A stretch of 64,000 nt of DNA, from contig JAEUHS010000019.1 in the NCBI GenBank assembly GCA_016794035.1, positions 62,247 through 126,246 on the forward strand, in the 5' to 3' direction. The stretch comes from Planctomycetota bacterium. GTDB lineage: Bacteria; Planctomycetota; UBA1135; UBA2386. Positions 48,261 to 58,012 of the stretch are shown one piece after another. The position numbers and the translations under genes were made by a program. Under the pieces are notes generated by a model. The model saw nothing but the letters and a program-made list of their open reading frames with translations, was not told the origin of the DNA and did not search any database. Every line of letters starts with the position of its first letter. Within the stretch, counting starts at the first letter, position 1.

Positions 48261-50483
48261 CTACTTCGGCGGGTCGTCCGGCACCGGCGCGGGATTCGGC
48301 GGCGGCTTCTCCGGCTCGACCTCGACCGCCGCCGGCTCCACGACCACCTCGGGGGCGAAGATCGGCATGCGTTCGTCCCAGGTGTCGTGCAACACGCCGT
48401 CGTCGGCGAGCGCGAGACCGCGCCATGCGATCGAGTGCAGCGTGGCCACGCGCGCGAGGATCTCCTCGCCCTGGGGGGACATCTGCTTGCCGTCCGGGAA
48501 GTAGGCGAACGACGTGCGTGCGACCTCCCTGCCGTCGTGCAGCACGGGTTCGGCGCTGTCGTCGCCCGGCAGCAGCAACAGGCTGGCGTCGGCGAGGTCG
48601 CCGCTCGCGAGCAGCTCGCCGAACGATGCCGGCGCCTTGCCGGTGCGCTCGCGGAAGCGCGTCAGCGCGGCGTGCACCGCCTGCAGCTGCACGTGCGCGA
48701 GGTCGTAGCGCAGCGCGTCGGTCTGCCACGACCACGACTGCGTCATCGGCCCAGACAGCAGCGGCCCGTACGCGGCCAGCAGCACGTGCAGCTCCGGTCC
48801 ACCGGCGGTGCCGCTCATGCCGAGCACGACCTGATCGGGGGAACGGCGCAACACGCCGCGGCCGGGTCGCAGGTGCCGCGTGACGACCTCGGGTTCGGGC
48901 ATCTCGGCCATCGGCACCAGCGGTTGCCCCGAGGCGCCCGTGCCCAGCATGGTGGAACCGAGCGGCAGCCAGAGTTCGTGGATCGCCGCGTGGATCGCGG
49001 CGCCGTCGAAGCGCAGGTCGAAGCCCGGCAGCGCGGCCCCCGGTCCCTCGGGTCGCGGCGCGTCGCCCACGTCGAGCGCAGGCGGAGTGCCGTTCGCCTG
49101 CGCCTTCAGCAGGGCGCGCAGGCTGAGACCGCTCTCGGCGAAGTGCACGACGCCGTCCTGCAGGCAGTAGCTCGGCTGCAGCGCCGCCGGCGCGCCGTCG
49201 ATGCGCAGCTGCACGCACGGTCGGCCCTCGTACTTCACGTCCTTGGGTTGCAGTTCCGGCAGCTCGCGCAGCCGCGCGATCAGCCGTCCGAACGCCTGCG
49301 CGTCGGCGATGCCGAAGCTGGCGTAGAGCCGCGGCATCAGGCCGCCCGGGGCCGGGCGCGCGATGGCGAGTGCCATGCCACCGGTCCACGCCTGCTTCAG
49401 GTCCTCGGCGATCCCGGTGTCGGCGAGCGTCGGCGCGTCCCCCAGTGCCAGCAGTTCGTCGATCGCGGCGGTGAGTTCGGCGACGTCGAACGCGCAGCGC
49501 AGCTGCAGCAGGCCGTGCTCGGGCAGCGGCTGGTCGACCAGCGGCGCGATGCCGTCGAGCAGCGCGCCGAGCACACCGCCGGGGCGCCCCGTCAGCGCCA
49601 GCGCGATGTCGTCCTGCAGCAGCTCGCCGACCGGTCGCAGCTGCCAGCGGATCGCGCCGGCGGCATCGAGGCCGAGCGCCTTCCGCACCGTCTGCACCTG
49701 CACGTTCGCGGCGCCGGCGCCGCCGAGCAGGTCCAGGTAGCCGAGGATGCCGATCTGCAGCGAGATCGCAGCCGCGGCCGGCGGCGTCGGCGCGCACTTG
49801 CCGACCAGGCCGACCTTGCCGTCGCCGCCGGCGAACTGTCCCGGCAGGTGCAGCAGCCAGGCGCCGGGCGGCGCGCCGTAGCGGTACTCGTCCTTGTCCA
49901 TGTCTCGCGCCGTCAGCACGAGCGCCGGGAAGCCATCGACCTTGTCACCGTCGAGCCTGAGGTCGGCGGCGTGGTCGGCATCGGCAGCGATCGCGCGCAG
50001 ACGCGCCTGCAGACGTTCGAACCGCCGTGCCAGCTTGCCCTCGGCGGCGGCGACCGGTTCGAGCAGCATCGTCGTCTGCACGCCGCTCCACTCGCTGCCG
50101 TCGAGCCGCGTCGCGACGAGTTCGGCGGTCGCCAGGTCGCGCCAGTCCAGGTCCATGACTTCGCGCAGTTCCAGCGCCTCGACCGTGGCCCGGCCGGGAT
50201 CGAGTTGCAGCAGTCGGTCGACGGTGCTCGTCCACGCCTGCACCTTCGCGACGTAGTGGTCGCGGCCGGTCGCGATCGCGGCGGCGACCTCGGGCTCGGC
50301 GAACAACCGGCCGAGGTGCGTGTTCGGCAGCGCCGCGCGCAGCGCCGGTGCGTCGCAGATCGACAGCCGGATCATCGGGTCGATCGGTGCGAACCGGATC
50401 GGCGCGTCCTGGGCGCTGACGGCGGCGAACAGCGAGAGCGCCGCGGCGATCGGCGGCACGAGGCGGCATGGGGCGTCGGGCAT
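48261..50483 (-). CDS. Secreted hypothetical protein (740 aa)
   Basis: Signal peptide MPDAPCRLVPPIAAALSLFAAVSAQ and a Pro-rich C-terminal tail (EPEKPPPNPAPVPDDPPK). I recognise no family. Confidence 0.7.
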   Translation of the reverse strand: MPDAPCRLVPPIAAALSLFAAVSAQDAPIRFAPIDPMIRLSICDAPALRAALPNTHLGRLFAEPEVAAAIATGRDHYVAKVQAWTSTVDRLLQLDPGRATVEALELREVMDLDWRDLATAELVATRLDGSEWSGVQTTMLLEPVAAAEGKLARRFERLQARLRAIAADADHAADLRLDGDKVDGFPALVLTARDMDKDEYRYGAPPGAWLLHLPGQFAGGDGKVGLVGKCAPTPPAAAAISLQIGILGYLDLLGGAGAANVQVQTVRKALGLDAAGAIRWQLRPVGELLQDDIALALTGRPGGVLGALLDGIAPLVDQPLPEHGLLQLRCAFDVAELTAAIDELLALGDAPTLADTGIAEDLKQAWTGGMALAIARPAPGGLMPRLYASFGIADAQAFGRLIARLRELPELQPKDVKYEGRPCVQLRIDGAPAALQPSYCLQDGVVHFAESGLSLRALLKAQANGTPPALDVGDAPRPEGPGAALPGFDLRFDGAAIHAAIHELWLPLGSTMLGTGASGQPLVPMAEMPEPEVVTRHLRPGRGVLRRSPDQVVLGMSGTAGGPELHVLLAAYGPLLSGPMTQSWSWQTDALRYDLAHVQLQAVHAALTRFRERTGKAPASFGELLASGDLADASLLLLPGDDSAEPVLHDGREVARTSFAYFPDGKQMSPQGEEILARVATLHSIAWRGLALADDGVLHDTWDERMPIFAPEVVVEPAAVEVEPEKPPPNPAPVPDDPPK

Positions 50484-50528
50484 GGTCCTTCGCCGGCGAC
50501 TGTAACCTTGCCCGCGCGGACTTTCCGC

Positions 50529-52016
50529 TCAGCGCAGCCGCGTGTCGTCGGGCTGCAGACGGCCGGCGGGCCGGATGCCCGTGCCCTCGGTGTGTGTCAG
50601 CGTGTCACCGAGGTCCTCGCGGCCGACCTGTGCCAGGCGCTCGAGTCGCGCGACGACGTCCGGATGCGCCGCGGCGACGTCCGTCGTCTCGCCGGGATCC
50701 GCGCGCAGGTCGAACAGGCTCTGCACGATCCGCAGGTCGCGATACGGCGCGGGGGCGCCGTCGGTGCCGCCCGGGTGGCCGTCGAGCGATGCGTACTGGT
50801 GCGCGAAGTGCAGCTTCCAGCGCGCGTCGCGCACCGCCTGCAGCTGGCCGCCCTGGTAGTAGCAGTAGTACGCCGCGTGCGGCGACTTCGCGTCCGGCGT
50901 GCCGAGCAGCAGCGGCGTGATGTCGAGGCCGTCGATCTTGTGTGCCGGCAGCTCGGCGCCGATCAGCGCGGCTACCGTCGGCAGCACGTCGATCGTCGCC
51001 GCGAACTCGTCGCACGTCGTGCCGGCGGGTACGTGCCCCGGCCAGCGCACGATGGTGGGTTCGCGGATGCCACCTTCGAACGTCGTGCCCTTGCCTTCGC
51101 GCAGCGGCCCGGCCGAACCGGCGTGGTCACCGTAGCTGAGCCACGGCCCGTTGTCGGAGGTGAACAGCACCAGCGTGCGCGCGTCCAGGTCGAGCCGCCG
51201 CAGCGTGTCGAGGATCTGGCCGACCGACCAGTCGACCTCCATCACGACGTCGCCGAACAGGCCCTTGCCGCTCCTGCCGGCGAACTTCGCCGACACGAAC
51301 AGCGGCACGTGCACCATCGTGTGCGGCAGGTAGAGGAAGAACGGCTTGTCCTTGCTGCGTTCGAGGAACGCGATCGCGCGCTCGGTGTACAGCGTCGTCA
51401 ACTGTGCCTGCGCCTCGCCGGTGACCTCGGCGACGACGATGTGGTCACCTTCGATCAGCGGCAGGTCAGGGTAGCCCTGCTTGCGCCTCGCGCTGTCGGC
51501 CGGCAGGTGCGCGTAGGCCGGATGCAGCGGCCACATGTCGTTGCTGTATGGCAGCCCGAAGTACTCGTCGAAGCCGTGCCGCAGCGGCAGGAAGCGCGGA
51601 TGGTGCCCGAGGTGCCACTTGCCGAAACACGCGGTCGCGTAGCCCTTCTGCCGGCAGATCTCGGCCAGCGTGACCTCGCTGTCGGCGATGCCGATCTCGG
51701 CGTTCGGGCCGAGCGCGCCGCCGATGCCGATGCGGCGGTGGTAGCACCCGGTCAGCAGCGCGGCGCGCGACGCCGAGCAGACCGGCGAGGAGACCGCGAA
51801 GTCGGTGAAGCGCCGGCCTTCCTTCGCCATGCGGTCGAGGTTCGGCGTCGGGATGTCACCGCCGAACGGCGCGATGTCGCCGTAGCCCATGTCGTCGACG
51901 AAGATGACGACGATGTTGGGTGGGGGCGACTGGGTTCGGCCGTGCGCCGGCACGCCGAGGGTCAGCGCGGCAGTCAGGAGGAACGTGAGCAGGCGCGGCA
52001 TGGTGGACGCCATCAT
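50529..52016 (-). CDS. Arylsulfatase-family (formylglycine-dependent) sulfatase
   Basis: PNIVVIFVDDMGYGD, SSPVCSASRAALLTG (Cys-type FGly motif CxAxR), GKWHLG, LFTSDNGP. Signal peptide MPRLLTFLLTAALTLGVPAHG. Start is uncertain among 52016, 52013 and 52001. Confidence 0.88.
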   Translation of the reverse strand: MMASTMPRLLTFLLTAALTLGVPAHGRTQSPPPNIVVIFVDDMGYGDIAPFGGDIPTPNLDRMAKEGRRFTDFAVSSPVCSASRAALLTGCYHRRIGIGGALGPNAEIGIADSEVTLAEICRQKGYATACFGKWHLGHHPRFLPLRHGFDEYFGLPYSNDMWPLHPAYAHLPADSARRKQGYPDLPLIEGDHIVVAEVTGEAQAQLTTLYTERAIAFLERSKDKPFFLYLPHTMVHVPLFVSAKFAGRSGKGLFGDVVMEVDWSVGQILDTLRRLDLDARTLVLFTSDNGPWLSYGDHAGSAGPLREGKGTTFEGGIREPTIVRWPGHVPAGTTCDEFAATIDVLPTVAALIGAELPAHKIDGLDITPLLLGTPDAKSPHAAYYCYYQGGQLQAVRDARWKLHFAHQYASLDGHPGGTDGAPAPYRDLRIVQSLFDLRADPGETTDVAAAHPDVVARLERLAQVGREDLGDTLTHTEGTGIRPAGRLQPDDTRLR

Positions 52017-52084
52017 GCCAGCCGGCGAGAAGCGGTGCCCGCACCCTTGTTCGCACGGCGCCGTCTCCGGCATAGTCGCCGGCG

Positions 52085-53338
52085 ATGGCAGCCACCGCCG
52101 GTCTCCGTACGTCGTTCGACCGAGCCAACATCTCGATCCTCCTGCTCGAGGGCATCCACAAGAGCGCCGTCGAGCTGTTCCGCGCCGACGGCTACTCGCA
52201 GGTCGTCTGCCACGAGAAGGCGATGGCGCCCGACGAGCTGCAGCGCGCGCTCGCCTCGGTGCACATGGTTGGCATCCGTTCGCGCACGCAGCTGACCGAC
52301 GCGGTCCTGGCGGCGGCGCCGAAGCTGATGGCGATCGGCTGCTTCTGCATCGGCACCAACCAGGTCGCGCTCGACACGGCGCGCCGGCGCGGCATCCCGG
52401 TGTTCAACGCGCCGTTCTCCAACACGCGCAGCGTCGCCGAGCTGGTGCTGGCCGAGATCGTGCTGCTGCTGCGCGGCATCCCGGCCAAGAACGCGGCGGC
52501 GCACCGCGGCGAGTGGATCAAGTCGGCGGCCGGCTCGCGCGAGGCGCGCGGCAAGGTACTCGGCATCGTCGGCTACGGCCACATCGGCACGCAGGTCGGC
52601 GTGCTCGCCGAGGCGCTCGGCATGCACGTGGTGTTCTACGACATCGTGACCAAGCTGACGCTCGGCAACGCGATCTCGGTGCGCAGCCTCGATGCGCTGC
52701 TCGAACAGGCCGACGTCGTCACGCTGCACGTGCCGGAGACCGCGCAGACGCGCTGGATGATCGGCGCAGCACAGCTCGCGCGCATGAAGCCCGGCGCCTC
52801 GCTGGTCAACGCGTCGCGCGGCACCGTCGTCGACCTCGACGCGGTGGCTGCGGCGCTCGAGTCGGGGCGGCTCGCCGGCGCCGCGATCGACGTGTTCCCG
52901 CTCGAGCCCGAGTCGAACGACGAGGTGTTCGAGTCGCCGCTGCGTCGCTTCGACAACGTCATCCTGACGCCGCACGTCGGCGGCAGCACCGCCGAGGCGC
53001 AGCAGAACATCGGCGCCGAAGTCGCCAGCAAGCTGCTGCGCTACAGCGACAACGGCTCGACGCTGACGGCGGTCAACTTCCCCGAGGTCTCGTTGCCCGA
53101 GCACACCGGCAAGCACCGCCTGCTGCACATCCACCAGAACCGGCCCGGCATGCTGTCGCGCGTCAACGAGGTGTTCTCGAGCGAGCACGTCAACGTCACC
53201 GCGCAGTTCCTGCAGACCGACGCCGAGATCGGCTACGTTGTCATCGACGTCGATCCGGGCGACCGCGACGACGCGCGCGCGCTGCACGGGGCACTCGACG
53301 CCATCCCGGGCACGATCCGCACGCGGCTGCTGTACTGA
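52085..53338 (+). CDS. serA: D-3-phosphoglycerate dehydrogenase (long, ACT-domain form)
   Basis: GIPVFNAPFSNTRSVAE, LGIVGYGHIGTQVG (NAD fold), NASRGTVVD, ILTPHVGGST, and a C-terminal ACT-like HRLLHIHQNRPGMLSRVNEVF. Confidence 0.93.
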   Translation: MAATAGLRTSFDRANISILLLEGIHKSAVELFRADGYSQVVCHEKAMAPDELQRALASVHMVGIRSRTQLTDAVLAAAPKLMAIGCFCIGTNQVALDTARRRGIPVFNAPFSNTRSVAELVLAEIVLLLRGIPAKNAAAHRGEWIKSAAGSREARGKVLGIVGYGHIGTQVGVLAEALGMHVVFYDIVTKLTLGNAISVRSLDALLEQADVVTLHVPETAQTRWMIGAAQLARMKPGASLVNASRGTVVDLDAVAAALESGRLAGAAIDVFPLEPESNDEVFESPLRRFDNVILTPHVGGSTAEAQQNIGAEVASKLLRYSDNGSTLTAVNFPEVSLPEHTGKHRLLHIHQNRPGMLSRVNEVFSSEHVNVTAQFLQTDAEIGYVVIDVDPGDRDDARALHGALDAIPGTIRTRLLY

Positions 53339-53353
53339 CGCGTTGCGCCCGGC

Positions 53354-54292
53354 TCAGCGGCGCGACCACAGCGGCGAGCCCCGGCGTACGAAGATGCCGT
53401 CCACCTGCTGCAGCAGGCCGTTGCCGCGCGGCAGGGTCAGCAGGTCGAACATGGCGAAGCCGAGCCCGTCGACGGCGGCGACCACCTCGGCCAGCAGCGG
53501 GCTGCCGCGGTTGACGACGTGCAGCGACAATTCGACGACGAGCACCTCGACTTCGGGCAGCGCCGTGCGCGCGCCGCGCAGCACGTCGAGTTCGGCGCCC
53601 TGCACGTCGATCTTGACGAGGTCGAAGCGGCGACCTGGCAGCTCCGCGAGCAGGTCGTCGACGGTCCGCATGGGCAGCGACACCGTCGTGCGCGGGAAGT
53701 CGCTGACCTCGGGGTAGACGGACGAGCCCGTCGAGCCGAACGGCGTGTCGAGCTGGTGGAAATCGCACCGCGCGCGCGAGCCGTCGCCGAGCAGGCAGCT
53801 GTGCACGTGGCAGTCGCCACCCAGCTGCCCGGCGACCGCGAGCAGGTAGTCGCGCTTCTGCAACTGCGGCTCGACCATCACCACGCTGGTGGCCGGGAAC
53901 ACCTGTCGCGCGATCATCGTGAACTCGCCGTGGTAGGCGCCGATGTCGAGTATGCCCTGCGGTGCGAAGCCGCGGGCCTGCAGTTGCAGCAGCGCGTGTG
54001 CCTGCGTGTTGGTGTCCTGCAGCGAACGGAAGTGCGCGAGCACGGCGCTGGTCAGCGCGAGCGCCTCCTGCTGCCTGCCGCCGCGCGCCAGCAGGCAGAC
54101 GAGCAGCGGCAGCGCGTCGGGGTCCTCACAGTCCACAGCGAGCACCTGGCGACAGATCCGCTCGGCGAGGCGCAGATCGCCGTCGGCGCTGGCGGCCGCG
54201 GCGCCGCGGATGGCGTCGCGTCGCTGCGTGCGCGACGTGACGTCGACCGTCGGGTGCATTCCGGCGGGAGGCTGTGGCGGTGCCGTTGGCAT
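53354..54292 (-). CDS. FkbM-family methyltransferase with N-terminal helical (TPR-like) region
   Basis: ILDIGAYHGEFT (SAM motif I) and FDLVKIDVQGAELDVLRGA, typical of FkbM. Start is at 54292 or 54258. Confidence 0.78.
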   Translation of the reverse strand: MPTAPPQPPAGMHPTVDVTSRTQRRDAIRGAAAASADGDLRLAERICRQVLAVDCEDPDALPLLVCLLARGGRQQEALALTSAVLAHFRSLQDTNTQAHALLQLQARGFAPQGILDIGAYHGEFTMIARQVFPATSVVMVEPQLQKRDYLLAVAGQLGGDCHVHSCLLGDGSRARCDFHQLDTPFGSTGSSVYPEVSDFPRTTVSLPMRTVDDLLAELPGRRFDLVKIDVQGAELDVLRGARTALPEVEVLVVELSLHVVNRGSPLLAEVVAAVDGLGFAMFDLLTLPRGNGLLQQVDGIFVRRGSPLWSRR

Positions 54293-54397
54293 CGGGACGG
54301 ACGCCGTCTGGATCGGCGACGCGGGCGGCCGCGCTTGAGCTGCGGTGCGCGCCCGGAGTTCCGCCGGCCCGGGCAACGCGCTACTGTGCGCGGCCCG

Positions 54398-56122
54398 ATG
54401 CGCCTGTCCCAGATCCTGATCTCCACCCTGCGCGACGACCCCGCCGACGCAGAGATCCCCAGCCACAAGCTGCTCGCCCGCGCCGGCCTGATCGTCAAGA
54501 CCGCGGCCGGCGTCTACACCTTCGCCCCGTTGATGTGGCGCGTGGTGAAGAAGTTCGCGCAGATCGTGCGCGACGAGCTCGACGCCGAGGGCGCCAACGA
54601 GGTGATGCTGCCGATCATCCAGCCGAAGGAGCTGTGGCAGCAGAGCGGCCGGTGGGACCGCTACGTGCGCGACGGCATCATGTTCACGCTGAAGGACCGC
54701 AAGGGCAGCGACATGTGCCTCGGGCCGACGCACGAGGAGGTGATGACCGCCTACGTGAACGCGCAGGTCAACAGCTACAAGCAGATGCCGGTCAACTGCT
54801 ACCAGATCCAGGACAAGTTCCGCGACGAGATCCGGCCGCGCTTCGGCCTGATGCGCGGGCGCGAGTTCCTGATGATGGACGCCTATTCGTTCGACGCCGA
54901 CCAGGCGGGGCTCGACGTCGCCTACCAGAAGATGCGCGCCGCCTACTGCCGCATCTTCGAGCGCTGCGGCCTGCAGTACACCGTGGTGCAGGCCGACAGC
55001 GGCGCAATCGGCGGCGCCGGCAGCGAGGAGTTCATGGTGATCGCCGACTCCGGCGAGGACTCGATCCTCTACTGCCAGGACAGCGGCTATGCCGCGAACG
55101 TCGAGAAGGCGACCAGCGTGTTGCCCGTGGCGCCGGCCGGCGGCGAGCCGCGGCCGATGCAGAAGATCGCGACACCCGGCGTCAAGACCGTCGCGCAGCT
55201 GGAAGCGTTCTTCCCCGGCTGGGTCGCGGGGCGCATGGCGAAAACCGTGCTCTACCACGTCACCTGGAAGGACAAGGAGAAGGTCGTCGCCGTGATGATG
55301 CGCGGCGATCTGGAGATCAACGAGGTCAAGCTGGCGAACGCCGTCGACGCGCTCGCGGTGCGGCTCGCGACCGACGAGGAGATCAAGGCCGCGACCGGTG
55401 CCGACACGGGTTTCGCCGGACCGGTCGGTCTGCGCGACGACGTGCCGCTGCTCGCCGACGAGTCACTGAAGGACCGCACCAACCTGCTGGTCGGCTGCAA
55501 CGAGACCGGCTTCCACTGCCTCGACGTCAACCTCGGCCGCGACTGCCGCATGCCGTCGTGGAAGGAGCTGCGGCTCGCGCGCGCGGGCGAAGGCTGTCCG
55601 GTGTCCGGCAAGCCGCTGCAGCAGGCGCGCGGCATCGAGGTCGGCCACATCTTCAAGCTCGGCACCAAGTACTCGAAGGCGATGCAGGCGACGTTCATGG
55701 ACCAGGGCGGCAAGCCGACCCCGTTCGTGATGGGCTGCTACGGCATCGGTGTGTCGCGCACGCCGGCGGCCGCGGTCGAGCAGAACTTCGACGACAAGGG
55801 CATCGTCTGGCCGCCCGCGATCGCGCCGTTCGAGTGCGTCGTCGCGATGCTCGATGGGAAGCGCGAGGAGCAGCAGGCGCTCGCCGAGAAGCTCTACGGC
55901 GAGCTGCGCTCGGCAGGCGTCGACGTCTGCCTCGACGACCGCGCGATGAGCCCCGGCGCGAAGTTCAAGGACAACGAACTGCTCGGCTTCCCGGTGCAGG
56001 TGTTCGTCGGGCGCAAGGCTGCCGAAGGGCAGGTCGAGTTCCTGGTGCGGCGCGGCATGCAGAAGAGCGAATGCGCGGCCGGTGAGGTGCGCGCCAGGGT
56101 GCTGGCGGCGCTGGGGCGCTAG
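54398..56122 (+). CDS. proS: Proline--tRNA ligase (bacterial type with INS editing domain)
   Basis: MRLSQILISTLRDDPADAEIPSHKLLARAGLI, YQIQDKFRDEIRPRFGLMRGREFLMMDAYSF, VQADSGAIGGAGSEEF, EVGHIFKLGTKYS, MGCYGIGVSR. Confidence 0.95.
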   Translation: MRLSQILISTLRDDPADAEIPSHKLLARAGLIVKTAAGVYTFAPLMWRVVKKFAQIVRDELDAEGANEVMLPIIQPKELWQQSGRWDRYVRDGIMFTLKDRKGSDMCLGPTHEEVMTAYVNAQVNSYKQMPVNCYQIQDKFRDEIRPRFGLMRGREFLMMDAYSFDADQAGLDVAYQKMRAAYCRIFERCGLQYTVVQADSGAIGGAGSEEFMVIADSGEDSILYCQDSGYAANVEKATSVLPVAPAGGEPRPMQKIATPGVKTVAQLEAFFPGWVAGRMAKTVLYHVTWKDKEKVVAVMMRGDLEINEVKLANAVDALAVRLATDEEIKAATGADTGFAGPVGLRDDVPLLADESLKDRTNLLVGCNETGFHCLDVNLGRDCRMPSWKELRLARAGEGCPVSGKPLQQARGIEVGHIFKLGTKYSKAMQATFMDQGGKPTPFVMGCYGIGVSRTPAAAVEQNFDDKGIVWPPAIAPFECVVAMLDGKREEQQALAEKLYGELRSAGVDVCLDDRAMSPGAKFKDNELLGFPVQVFVGRKAAEGQVEFLVRRGMQKSECAAGEVRARVLAALGR

Positions 56123-56173
56123 GGAGCACGCCCGGCGCTTCCCGCCTCCGCCCCGCCGCGCTGCAATGGGCGC

Positions 56174-57679
56174 ATGCTCCGACCCTGCCGTCTGCTGCTG
56201 CCCACGCTGCTCGTTCTCACCGGCGGCTGCGCCACGCCGGACACGATGGTCCAGCCGCCCGCCTACGCTCGCACCGGCCAGGAGCCGCTGCCGTTCGAAC
56301 GGCAGAACCAGGCCTGGCGGTGGCTCGACGTGATGCAGGAGGCGGCGGCGCGCGACGTCGATGCGTTCGGTGCGCGGCCGACCGTGCTGTCGCGGCAGAT
56401 GATGCTGTGGGCGGTCGCGATGTTCGACGCCTGGGCGGCCTACGACGCCACCGCCGTCGGCACCTGCTTCGGCGGCGCGCTGCGGCGCCCGCCGGCCGAA
56501 CGCACGCTCGCCAACAAGAGGATCGCGGTCAGCTACGCGAGCTATCGCGCGCTGGTCGGCGCGTTCCCGGCGCAGGCTGGCTTCCTGCGCGCGGAGATGC
56601 GGCGGCTCGGCTTCGATCCAGACGAGGCGTCGACCGACGTCACCACGCCGCAGGGCATCGGCAACGTCGTCGCCGCGGCGCTGCTCGAGCGAAGGGCCGA
56701 CGACGGTGCCAACGCCGACGGCGCGATGCCTGGCGGCGACGGCACGCCGTACGGCGACTACACCGGCTACCAGCCCGTCAACCCCGTCGATCGCATCGTC
56801 GACCCAGACCGGTGGCAGCCGATCGAGTTCACGCGTTCCGACGGCACGAAGTTCACGCCGGGCTTCCTGACGCCGCACTGGGGCCGCGTGCGGCCGTTCG
56901 CCTTGCGGTCCGCGGACCAGTTCCGCGCCGAGCCGCCGCCGACCACGAAGACCGCCGACGCCGAGCTGCGGGCGCAGACGGCGAGGGTGCTGGAGCTCAA
57001 CGCGTCGCTGACCGAGGCCGACAAGGCGCTGGTCGAATTCATGCGCGACGGCCCGCGGTCGACCGGCCAGAGCGGGCACTGGCTGCGGTTCGCGCAGGAC
57101 GTCTCGCGCCGCGACGGCAACGACCTCGACCGCGACGTGAAGCTCTACTTCGCGGTCGCGGTCGCGGCGTTCGACGCGTTCATCGCCTGCTGGGAGACCA
57201 AGCGCCACTACGACACGTCGCGGCCGTGGACGCTGGTGCGGCACTACTACCGCGGCCAGCGCGTGCGGGGCTGGGCCGGCCCCGCCGGTGGCACCGTCGA
57301 GCTGCCGGCCGAGCAGTGGCACCCGTACTCGCCGTACGTGTTCGTCACGCCGCCGTTCCCCGGCTACACCAGCGGACATGCGACCGTCAGCGGCGCCTGC
57401 GCGAAGATCCTGGAACTGTTCACCGGCAGCGACCACTACGGCACCCAAGAGGTGCGCCGCTGCTGCAGCCTGACCGAAGAACAGCCGGGCGGCATGGCGA
57501 CGCTGGACCTGCCGACGTTCTCGGCGACGGCCGAGCTGGCCGCGCGATCGCGCGCGATGGGCGGCTACCACATCCCGATCGACAACGACGTCGGGCTGCG
57601 CATCGGCCGCGAACTCGCGATCTGGTCGTGGCCGCGCTACCAGCAGTGGTTCGACGGCACCGCGGTGCCGGCGCCCTGA
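56174..57679 (+). CDS. PAP2-superfamily / vanadium-haloperoxidase-like lipoprotein
   Basis: Lipobox LLVLTGGC. C-terminal motifs KRHYDTSRPW, FPGYTSGHATVSGA and SRAMGGYHI correspond to the acid-phosphatase/haloperoxidase K..RP / SGH / R...H signature. Confidence 0.65.
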   Translation: MLRPCRLLLPTLLVLTGGCATPDTMVQPPAYARTGQEPLPFERQNQAWRWLDVMQEAAARDVDAFGARPTVLSRQMMLWAVAMFDAWAAYDATAVGTCFGGALRRPPAERTLANKRIAVSYASYRALVGAFPAQAGFLRAEMRRLGFDPDEASTDVTTPQGIGNVVAAALLERRADDGANADGAMPGGDGTPYGDYTGYQPVNPVDRIVDPDRWQPIEFTRSDGTKFTPGFLTPHWGRVRPFALRSADQFRAEPPPTTKTADAELRAQTARVLELNASLTEADKALVEFMRDGPRSTGQSGHWLRFAQDVSRRDGNDLDRDVKLYFAVAVAAFDAFIACWETKRHYDTSRPWTLVRHYYRGQRVRGWAGPAGGTVELPAEQWHPYSPYVFVTPPFPGYTSGHATVSGACAKILELFTGSDHYGTQEVRRCCSLTEEQPGGMATLDLPTFSATAELAARSRAMGGYHIPIDNDVGLRIGRELAIWSWPRYQQWFDGTAVPAP

Positions 57680-58012
57680 CGCCGCGCGTCGGACCGCGGC
57701 ACGTGCAGGCCTGCCGGCGCCGTCGGGTCGCCGGCGTCGCGGCACCGGGCGCGCATTTGCGGGCGACCCGATCGGTCGCCGCCATTCCGCCCCGTTCGCA
57801 TGCCGTCGCGGCAGCCCCACTGCCTGCGTGACGGCAGCCAGCTGGCGCTGGTCCGGGTGCCGTTGCCCGCCGCCGCACGGCGGCTACTGTTCGGCGCTCG
57901 AGCGCTGGCCTCTCGTCCTGCAGCGCCCGAACGGGGAAATGCCAGCCATGACCCGCACCAACGCGCTGCAGCTGACGGTCGGCAGCTTCTGAGCGGCGGC
58001 GCTCGGATCGCG

